Part shown: positions 19,790-29,554 of the stretch, piece after piece
Layout of the letters: each line of letters opens with the position of its first letter
Numbering within the stretch: position 1 is the first letter of the stretch
NCBI GenBank assembly: GCA_002269645.1
Contig: NIVC01001021.1
Coordinates: 124,001-188,000, forward strand
Origin: Macrostomum lignano
Taxonomy: Eukaryota
Length of the DNA stretch: 64,000 bases
Reading direction: 5' to 3'
Program-made: the position numbers and the translations under genes
The notes under the pieces: model-generated
Told to the model about the DNA's origin: nothing
What the model saw: the letters and a program-made list of their open reading frames with translations, nothing else
Databases searched by the model: none

Positions 19790-22700
19790 ACGAAGAGCAA
19801 CGATTACGACAACGGCCCACCCGATCAGCGGGAAAGCGGGAACCTCGACCACGTCCTCCGCCTACGGGGCGGCAGCGACCCCCCGTCTAAAGGAAGCAGA
19901 CACGGCAACCGTCGCAACAGGCGCCATGCTAAAGCACTGGAAGAGCTCCTTATCCTACAGTTCAACTGTAACGGCATTAGAGCCAGGACTCCGGAACTAA
20001 CCAGGTGGCTGGATACGCATCGCCCTGCGGCAGTCCTTCTGCAAGAGACAAAACTAACGCCGGACACGAGCTACACCGCCCCGAGCGGCTATAGTGTAGC
20101 AGCCCGTGCCGACGGCAGCAACAAAATTGACATTTTCCCAGGCTCAGACGCCACCGAGAGCGCAACAGAAACTGCCACCGCCACCCGGCCATTCCAGCCC
20201 GGCGCCACGTGCACCGCCCGCACCTTCCCGCGAAGGCCACGGTGCCGTCTTCGCTGGCCTGATGACAGAACTGACTGGTGTAAAGGCTGCAGATCATCCC
20301 GATCGGCTTGCACCCGGCGCAATGAGCCATGGCCAGACGCGAAGGCCCAAATCGGCGCGGACAACCACAATAAAACCCAAAAAAATAACAACGCGCAATC
20401 CGGACCTGACCGCCACACGGCCACGACGCAACCAAACGATACAACCGGAGCGACGTCGGGACCCCTCGGCAAAAACACCACTGAAAAGCGGAAAAACAAA
20501 AACTTGCAACCCGGTCTCGACACCGCCTCCACATGGCTGTGCGCAGCCTGCAACAATATCATTACCAAACGCCAGACTAGCCTCCGCTGCAACCAGTGCT
20601 GGAACTGGCTACACCTGAAATGTAGCGGCCTCAAGCGCAGTAAAGACTGGAACGACGAATACATCGGAAGCTGCTGCTCGACACCACAAGATGCGAGCCG
20701 ATCCAGCACACCGTCAACATTGCCCAAGTCTACACCTAAAGATCCAGTAACGGTCAGACCAGCCAACCCGTCGACCCCACCGCAACGCCGCTCCAAGAGA
20801 GCCGGTCGGGAGGCGCCCTCATCATGGTCAGAAACGATATCAACTTCACCACCCTGCCCGACCAATCCAAAGCCGCACTTGATATTGCTGCGTGCACTCT
20901 CCACCTCAAAGGTCAAGGCGACCTCAACATCGCCAGTGTGTACGCTGCCCCTCACAGTGACCAACGCCAACATGAAGCCTGGACTCCGGATCTCTCTTGT
21001 ATACCGATAACGGGCAACACCGTCATAGGCGGAGATTTCAATTGTCACGGTTACTGGGACCCTTTCCAGCCCGGAGATACCAGGGGCGCCGAACTGGAAA
21101 CCTGGGCGAGTAATAACAACCTCAACATCGGCAACACCAGGAACTCTGCGACAAGACTCAACCCAGCGACGGGAGGCAAATCGGCACCGGACTGCACCTT
21201 GGCCCGAGGCCGTCCGAGCGCAGTTGTTTGCAGAACCTGGTCCACCGCTAAAGATCTTGGCTCCGATCATCTGCCTATCACCTTCTGCGTGCAAGCGCGT
21301 CGCCCTCATCGACAACAACGACAAGCGCAGTGGTCGTACAAGAAGGCGAATTGGCAGATATTTAAAGAGACCCTTCAAAATCATGTCCAGGACGCGGCGG
21401 AATCCCCCGAAGCAGAACACAAACGTATCTGCAAAGCCATACTGCAAGCCGCCGCAGCAGCTATCCCGAAGGGAGCCCGGAACGGCGCGCAGAACATTTC
21501 GAGACCTTTCTGGAATGACGAATGCGATACAGCGCTACACAGAAATCAGAAAGCCCGCAAAAATGTCGAAACAGATGCATTCGACACAAACATGCAGGAA
21601 CTCACACAAGCGCGCACGTGCCTTCGCAATACCATTCACAACGCCAAAAAAGAATTCTGGTCGGAAACGTGTAAAGAAATGAAGATAGACACCAATCTCT
21701 ACAGGACCCTCCGCAACATGAGAGGCGAAGCCAAACCACAAGCAACCAGCTCCACCATTAGCTATACCAACCCAACTTCTGGTAGGACTAAAGTGGCTAT
21801 CACTAAAAAGAATAAGGCCGACCTCTTCATGCAAATCTACGCTAAAGAATCCCGGCTAGATAAGGGAGACAACGACGAGGCTATAGTGAAAGAGGCTAAC
21901 CGCATCCTCCGCAACTGCAGAGCTACCGCCACCAACCACGGCCCGGAATCAGACTTTACTATCGGCGAATTCCGTCACATTATCCGCAGACTAAAATCCG
22001 GTAAATGCCCTGGCCCTGACCAGGTCAGCAATGAGATGTTGAAACAGCTCCCCCTGGCCATGGAGCTTCAGATCCTCAACCTTCTGAACAGAGTCTGGAA
22101 GGGTGACCAAGTCCCCACCGAATGGCGAAGAGCCACTATCATACCGATTCTTAAGAAGGACAAATCGCCAAGCTCACCGTCCTCGTACCGACCTATTGCC
22201 CTTACGAGCTCCATCTGCAAGGTCGGAGAGAAACTCGTACAGCAAAGACTTAACGCTTACCTCGAACGTGAACACAAACTGGCCCCAGAGCAGGCGGGCT
22301 TTCGCCAGGGCAGGAGCACCGAAGAGGTCCTCGCCCACACCTGCCAATCGATTTTTATGGTTTTGAGGAACAACCAGCGAAACGCTCTGCCATATGCCTA
22401 CTCGACTTCAGCAAGGCCTATGACAGAGTATGGCGCGCTGCTCTGACTGTTAAGCTATACGAGCTCACGGTACCTGCTAGATTCATCCTCTGGGTGCACA
22501 AATTCCTCAGAGACCGCCGCGCCAGGGTGAAATGGCAACAAACTATCAGCAGGGAAAGAGTCCTCGAAGAGGGCCTTCCACAAGGAAGCGTCATCGCCCC
22601 CACCCTGTGGACTACGTACGTCAACGACCTGCCGACGACCATAAAAAGGGCTAGCCCTGATTGTAAAATTAACCTATACGCCGACGACAGCTCACTGTTA

Positions 22701-24411
22701 GCCACCAGCAGGAAGCTAACGGACTGCGCCGACATCCTGCAACCAGCCATTGATGCGGCCGCCGAATGGTGTAAGCGGTGGAAGGTCACCCTCAGCACCG
22801 AGAAATGCATCTACTCGACCTTCACTCTCTCGCCACAAGAGAACAACGGCAAAGTCCGACTCAACCTGCACATTAACGGAGCCGAACTTAAATACGATCC
22901 GCACCCCGACTCCTAGGCCTGACCCTTGACGATCAGCTAACCTTCAACAAGCATGGAGCCGAGGTAAAGGCCCGCATGGCCCGGCGCAGAGGCGCACTCA
23001 CGGCCATTGCCCACCGCAACAGTGGAGCGGACCAAAACATCCTCCGCTCGGCCTATATCACCACTATCAGAGCGTGTGCAGACTACGGAAGCGGTATATG
23101 GCTAACCGGAGCAGCGCCTAGCACGCGACGCATGATCGAACAACAGCAGTCGATATGCGCGCGGATGATCACAGGCTGCTGCAGTACTACCCGCAACGAG
23201 ACCACGCTCAACATCGCCAGGCTCCCCCGATCGGCTCGATCGCCATAGAACGCGCGGCCATGCTTCGCGAGCGCATTCTTCGTCTCCCGCCGGACTGCCC
23301 GGCAGTGGATACCGCCGCCCGCTCGACGAGACCCCGCCTAAAAAACCGAAGCTATGACCCGCAAGACGAACCGGGAAGCGGAATAGGAGCCCGAGACCGA
23401 GAACGGCCACACCGCGGATGCTGGAGGAGGGCCGCACGAGAACTCCCTGTTGTAGCGACGCTCGATGAAATGGCGCGCGAGCAGATCATCATCGCCGCCC
23501 CCTGGGAAAGCGACACCAGCGCGGAAGTTATCTTCGACACAACGGCGAGTATGGTCAACCGCAAAGCCCCGGCAGAAGAACGCGCCAGAGCGGCCGACGC
23601 GGTCCTCAGAGCGGCCCAAGAGCTCGAGATCACGGCCTGGACGGACGGCTCCGCCAACGAAGGCTGCACCCACGGAGGGGGAGCGGCCGTGATCCACTAC
23701 AATGGTACCACTACTGAGCACCTAGCACCGGCCGGGACATACTGCAGCAGCTACCAAGCAGAAATGACTGCTATCGCAACCGCCCTTCGTGCCTCGTTGG
23801 AGCTACACGCCGCCGCCAACAGTATAGCCATCCTCACAGACAGCCTCAGCGCCCTGTCGGCACTGGCCCGCGGCCCGGCCGGCCAGCGTAATGCTGCCGG
23901 GCATGCCTGCAGGGACACCATCGCGAGAGCCACCTACTCCAAGGTCTACTTCGGATGGGTACCTGGCCACTGCCAGATTGCCGGCAACGAAGCGGCCGAC
24001 AGAGCGGCGGCTATGGCAGCTACCCTTCCGCAGAGCGAAGCTGCCATCACGTTAGACTCCGCGAGGGCTGCTATCCGCCGCGATCGCCGACGCCGCGACG
24101 CAGAGCCTACCAACCAGCCGTCACCCACCGACACCACCCGCAATCGACGCGAGCAGGTGTTGGTTAATCAACTCAGAGCGGGCGTCTCCACCATCTGCGC
24201 CGCCACCCGCCAACGTCTTGGTCTCCAAGAGGACGACAAGTGTAGTGACTGCGGCGCGGTGGACACGGCCGACCACCTCCTCCGCCGCTGCCCAAGAGGT
24301 GACGCCGCCAGAGCCCGCTACTTCGGCGTCGAGGACCCCCTATCGGCGCCGACAGGCCGGATCATCGCGTTCGTACGTGCTGTGGGGCGCCTGAGCCCCC
24401 GCCAATATTGA
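19790..24411 (+). pseudogene. Retrotransposon polyprotein (~1540 aa when reconstructed), broken by 4 apparent single-base deletions (~20806, ~22356, ~22908, ~23226)
   Basis: ORF track pieces 19580-21010, 20824-22446, 22494-22916, 22976-23248 and 23155-24411 join into one colinear protein if one base is added at each junction. Confidence 0.85.
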
Positions 24412-24484
24412 CGCCGAAGCGTCAACGGCGTGCCGGGAAACAGAAGAAGAAGAAGAAGAACAGCAGCAACAGCAGCAACAGCAG

Positions 24485-25200
24485 CCTCACATCCAGCAGG
24501 CCTCCGAGCAGCTCCAGACACTGGCTAGACCCCATCGGGGCTGGCCGCCAGTGCTGGACTGTCAGGCGTGGGGTGGAAGGTCCGTTGGCCACGGACACGA
24601 AAGCTGGAATTCCGGCCCCTCTGCTGGGGTTGACCCTGGTGGACCTGGTGGCAGGCTCACCGACATGCCCTCTGCACACTCACGCGGCGACGCGGTGGTG
24701 CAAGGCCCCTGTCCTATGGTGAGCGGGGCATTGACGGCTGGCTGTGCCATGTTGCAGTCAGACCGTTCCCGTAGGCCCATTGACCAGGTGACCCAGCGGG
24801 GCCGGCATCAACAACAACAGCAGCAACAGCAGCAACAGCCTCACATCCAGCAGGCCTCCGAGCAGCTCCAGACACTGGCTAGACCCCATCGGGGCTGGCC
24901 GCCAGTGCTGGACTGTCAGGCGTGGGGTGGAAGGTCCGTTGGCCACGGACACGAAAGCTGGAATTCCGGCCCCTCTGCTGGGGTTGACCCTGGTGGACCT
25001 GGTGGCAGGCTCACCGACATGCCCTCTGCACACTCACGCGGCGACGCGGTGGTGCAAGGCCCCTGTCCTATGGTGAGCGGGGCATTGACGGCTGGCTGTG
25101 CCATGTTGCAGTCAGACCGTTCCCGTAGGCCCATTGACCAGGTGACCCAGCGGGGCCGGCATCAACAACAACAACAACAGCAGCAACAGCAGCAACAGCA
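24485..25200 (+). mobile_element. Two identical tandem 354-bp-period units (unique parts 24485-24808 and 24839-25162), each ending in a (CAA)n tail
   Basis: Direct duplicate. Each ends ...GGGGCCGGCAT-CAACAACAAC and is bounded by CAG/CAA tracts. Probably the 3' end or a non-autonomous derivative of a second non-LTR family. Confidence 0.7.
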
Positions 25201-26304
25201 GGAGCTGCCTGAAGCTGGCAATACCTTAAAAATGAGGCAAATTTTCGAGGGGTCAAGTAATCAAGGGAATCCTTCTTCGTAGCCAAGGAATGGGATCTAA
25301 GGTCTTCTATAGACCTTCGATATTATCTGGACTGTGATTATTGTCTATGAACTTGTTCTAATTTGTTTTAAGTGTGATATAGGGCCAAAACTCTCAAAAG
25401 ATGGTGTCTGGAATGAAATTATTTTCAAAGCAATGCCAAAGACTTTTAGCAATAAAATCTGAAGGGAAGTCAAAGACTTCTAAAGGTAAAATCTGGACTA
25501 AATAGACTATGGTCTATATGTAAAAAATGGCCAAAGACTTATAGGGGTCAGTCTCTGTACTGGAATTATCTTTAGGCTGTGCCAAAGACTTCTAGAGGTA
25601 ACATCTGGACGAGAGTTATTTAAGTCAATGCCAAAAAGTTCTAGAAGACAATATCTGACATTAAAATATTTTTTAGGATTGATAGAGCTGCGGAATGACT
25701 ACTTTATAGCTTTTTACGGTGTTCTCTTGCATCATTGTAAAATGTCATTACACAATAGCTATCAATTTTGTAAGTTACTCTCGTATTACATGTAAATCTC
25801 ATAATTATTTTTTTCGTGTCTTTTTTCTATACTATGAGTAGCACGTCGCAGAAACACTTTTTTACCAATAAATACAACAGAAAATCAAGCTTTTTGCGCC
25901 ATTGAAATTTTTAACAGCTTTGAATTGAACTGCTGATATATTGCTTTGGAATATTCTTTTACACGAAAGGAACACTGCCTGCTCATTGCCAATTTCTATC
26001 TATGCTTTCAACTGTGTTTAATTTGAATCTGGAGCTCGAATCCTTTCGCTTGTTTTATTTTTTATGTTTTATGCTTCATGTTTTACAATGGCGGTGCCTT
26101 GAAGATGTTAGTGTTATCATACCTTATTTTATTTTTGTTATCATTATTGCCTAAATACGTATTTAGTATATTTAGTTAATTGGGACTGTCGGTCGTCTTT
26201 TCAGTAGTATTTTATCATTTCAGTTTATGCTTCAAATTAACCCTTAGTATTATGTTGGTACAATAAACGGATGATTTCGGCACTGTTGTACTGCCCTGTA
26301 TGTT

Positions 26305-28155
26305 ACATATGGTACAGATTGTGTTGGTAAGTGTCTATGGTACAGATTGTGTTGGTAAGTGTCTATGGTACAGATTGTGTTGGTAAGTGTCTATGGTACA
26401 GATTGTGTTTGCAAGTGTCTATGGTACAGATTGTGTTTGCAAGTGTCTATGGTACAGATTGTGTTTGCAAGTGTCTATGGTACAGATTGTGTTGGTAAGT
26501 GTCTATGGTACAGATTGTGTTTGCAAGTGTCTATGGTACAGATTGTGTTTGCAAGTGTCTATGGTACAGATTGTGTTTGCAAGTGTCTATGGTACAGATT
26601 GTGTTTGCAAGTGTTAATGGTACAGATGTGTTTGCAAGTGTCTATGGTACAGATTGTGTTTGCAAGTGTCTATGGTACAGATTGTGTTTGCAAGTGTCTA
26701 TGGTACAGATTGTGTTTGCAAGTGTCTATGGTACAGATTGTGTTTGCAAGTGTCTATGGTACAGATTGTGTTGGTAAGTGTCTATGGTACAGATTGTGTT
26801 TGCAAGTGTCTATGGTACAGATTGTGTTTGCAAGTGTCTATGGTACAGATTGTGTTTGCAAGTGTCTATGGTACAGATTGTGTTTGCAAGTGTTAATGGT
26901 ACAGATGTGTTTGCAAGTGTCTATGGTACAGATTGTGTTTGCAAGTGTCTATGGTACAGATTGTGTTTGCAAGTGTCTATGGTACAGATTGTGTTTGCAA
27001 GTGTCTATGGTACAGATTGTGTTTGCAAGTGTTAATGGTACAGATGTGTTTGCAAGTGTCTATGGTACAGATTGTGTTTGCAAGTGTCTATGGTACAGAT
27101 TGTGTTTGCAAGTGTTAATGGTACAGATGTGTTTGCAAGTGTCTATGGTACAGATGTGTTTGCAAGTGTCTATGGTACAGATGTGTTTGCAAGTGTCTAT
27201 GATACAGATTGTGTTTGCAAGTGTCTATGGTACAGATTGTGTTTGCAAGTGTCTATGGTACAGATTGTGTTTGCAAGTGTCTATGGTACAGATTGTGTTT
27301 GCAAGTGTCTATGGTACAGATGTGTTTGCAAGTGTCTTATGGTACAGATTGTGTTTGCAAGTGTCTATGGTACAGATTGTGTTTGCAATTGTCTATGGTA
27401 CAGATTGTGTTTGCAAGTGTCTATGGTACAGATTGTGTTTGCAAGTGTCTATGGTACAGATTGTGTTTGCAAGTGTCTATGGTACAGATTGTGTTTGCAA
27501 GTGTCTATGGTACAGATGTGTTTGCAAGTGTCTTATGGTACAGGTCGTGTTCGCAAGTGTCTATGGTACAGATTGTGTTGGCAAGTGCCTATGGTACAGA
27601 TGTGTTTGCAAGTATCTATGGTACAGATGTGTTTGCAAGTGTCTATGATACAGATTGTGTTTGTAAGTGTCTATGGTATAGATTGTGTTGGCAAGTGTCT
27701 ATGGTACAGATTGTGTTTGCAAGTGCCTATAGTACAGATGTGTTTGCAAGTGTCTATGATACAGATGTGTTTGCAAGTGTCTATGGTACAGATTGTGTTG
27801 GCAAGTGCCTATGGTACAGATGTGTTTGCAAGTGCCTATGGTACAGATTGTGTTTGCAAGTGTCTATGGTACAGATTGTGTTTGCAAGTGTCTATGGTAC
27901 AGATTGTGTTTGCAAGTGTCTATGGTACAGATTGTGTTTGCAAGTGTCTATGGTACAGATTGTGTTTGCAAGTGTCTATGGTACAGATTGTGTTGGTAAG
28001 TGTCTATGGTACAGATTGTGTTTGCAAGTGTCTATGGTACAGATTGTGTTGGCAAGAGTCTATGGTACAGATTGTGTTTGAAAGTGTCTATGGTACAGAT
28101 TGTGTTCGCAAGTGTCTATGGTACAGATTGTGTTCGCAAGTGTCTATGGTACAAA
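26305..28155. repeat. 28-bp minisatellite (GTGTCTATGGTACAGATTGTGTTTGCAA), ~66 copies
   Basis: Read directly from the sequence. Explains ORFs 26359-28184. Confidence 0.97.
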
Positions 28156-28624
28156 TCATGAGTCTACTCAAATATTGGCGTTAGGTCGTTTTCATGCATG
28201 CATGTATAGCGAACACTACTCGTATGTGGGCTACAGAATTGAGAAAGCAGCAAAGCTTCTACAAGCGTAGAGGCCACCATGGTCCTCCATAATTAGGGCA
28301 GGTTGTCCGTCCAAAAGAGAAGATAACAAAAAATCAGGTGTCGGATAATAATTGTTACATGTAGAACAGAATTTCAAAAAAATTATCAAAGCGAAGAAAA
28401 TTGTCTCTTGCAAGGCCTAGATGAAAGCTGCGTCTATCGAGCACAATACATCTGTTTTCGAGAATACTTTTCTATGCGTTGCGTTTTCATTTAATGTGCC
28501 TCACTGACACCTGGTGCCGGCTTCTAACGTTGGACCTCGTAGCTTTTTAGACAGCTGTTCGTAGCCAGGTGCGTTCGTAGCCAGACGTTTGGGAGGAAGC
28601 AGCGACCTCCCAGGATATCGGCTT

Positions 28625-28905
28625 ACAGCTCTACAGTACAGCTCTGGCGCTTCCTTACAGTATGGCTCTGGCGCTTCCTTACAGTATGGCTCTGGCGCTT
28701 TCTTTACAGTACGGCTCTGGCGCTTCCTTACAGTATGGCTCTGTCGCTTCCTTACAGTACAGCTTTGGCGCTTCCTTACAGTACAGCTCTGACGCCTCCT
28801 TACAGTATGGCTTTGGCGCTTCCTTACAGTATAGCTCTGGCGCCTCCTTACAGTATGGCTCTGGCGCTTCCTTACAGTTCAGCTCTGGCGCTTCCTTACG
28901 CCTGG
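28625..28905. repeat. 21-bp minisatellite (CTCTGGCGCTTCCTTACAGTA)
   Basis: About 13 copies. Confidence 0.9.
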
Positions 28906-29204
28906 CGCTGCTGCACCTAATACATGTGATATCATTATTGGGGGTTGCCTAGGGATCAAATTGATCTGGGCGGGTTTATAAGTCGTAGAAATAATTTATA
29001 CACGTATTGTCACTGAACTTACTTCATTATACGATTTGATTATACTTCACGATTCGATAGGCCAGATATGATTCGATAGAAACTATCGAATCGAACCCAG
29101 GATTGACGTGAGAGTTAATTGCGTCAGTGCTGGGCACCTCAGCCCCATCCGACCTCTGTCCTTATTGGTCCATTTCGAACTTCGATTTCAAAGCAATCCA
29201 CGGG

Positions 29205-29210
29205 TATAAA
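29205..29210 (+). promoter_or_regulatory. TATA box of the neuropeptide gene
   Basis: TATAAA ~100 nt upstream of the ATG at 29312, with a reverse CCAAT (ATTGG, 29164) and TGACGTG (~29104) further upstream. Confidence 0.5.
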
Positions 29211-29311
29211 TACAGTTTGGAGAGTCAAGAATTTCATGCTTCGCTTCACAGTAGTTTGACCCTTGAGATACATGTAACTGAGAAAGCTTATACAGTTGAG
29301 CAGCTTTAAGC

Positions 29312-29554
29312 ATGAGTCGCTACGGTTTTGTACTTGTTCTGCTGCTGCATGTAGTAGGCGTGCTTGCGCCTGTGCAGGCCGCTCCTTGGAACAGCCGAAT
29401 GCTTTGGTACTCGACGCAGCTGTCCTACCAGCCTCTGCTACAGAGTCGGCACTCAAACCAGCCGGCCAGTTCCGGAGACAACAGCTGGCGTTTCTGGCGG
29501 AATGGACCGAATGGATATCGCTGGGGCAGCAGAATGCGCTTTGGAAAGCGCTAG
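29312..29554 (+). CDS. RFamide-type neuropeptide precursor (80 aa)
   Basis: N-terminal signal peptide MSRYGFVLVLLLHVVGVLAPVQA and C-terminal ...WGSRMRF-G-KR-stop (amide-donor Gly plus dibasic site). GC-rich ORF in an AT-rich context. Confidence 0.8.
   Translation: MSRYGFVLVLLLHVVGVLAPVQAAPWNSRMLWYSTQLSYQPLLQSRHSNQPASSGDNSWRFWRNGPNGYRWGSRMRFGKR

Larger units (their letters stand above)
19701..24460 (+). mobile_element. Full-length Ingi/I-group non-LTR retrotransposon (single APE-RT-RNase H-CCHC ORF) with (GAA)n tail
   Basis: APE motifs (ILQFNCNG, LLQETK, GGDFNCH, GSDHLPI), RT (YRPIALTS, PQGSV, YADD), RNase H (WTDGS, AEMTAI, TDSLS, WVPGH...GNEAAD) and C-terminal CSDC...HLLRRC. Flanked on both sides by (CAGCAGCAA)n. 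Confidence 0.95.
19628..25282 (+). pseudogene. Candidate host polyQ exon (YSISQQQQWQQQ...QQQELPEAGNTLKMRQIFEGSSNQGNPSS*) interrupted by three retroposed insertions
   Basis: TTCATTCAG| acceptor at 19627. The CAA/CAG tract reads as Gln at 19640-19700 and resumes at 25163-25200 into an open frame ending TAG at 25280-25282. Confidence 0.4.

Noticed and set aside
19580-19800. In-frame fusion of host polyQ with the retrotransposon ORF
   Set aside because: Frame continuity depends on the two missing A's in the ribozyme and would be lost if they are sequencing errors.
20089-21447. 452-aa minus-strand ORF and other antisense ORFs over the non-LTR element
   Set aside because: Shadow ORFs of GC-rich coding sequence on the opposite strand; no recognisable motifs.
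26359-28184. Cys-rich ORFs up to 429 aa
   Set aside because: Products of the 28-bp minisatellite.
28231-28413. Short minus-strand ORF with a hydrophobic N-terminus
   Set aside because: Starts at TTG, not ATG; no processing motifs or splice support.
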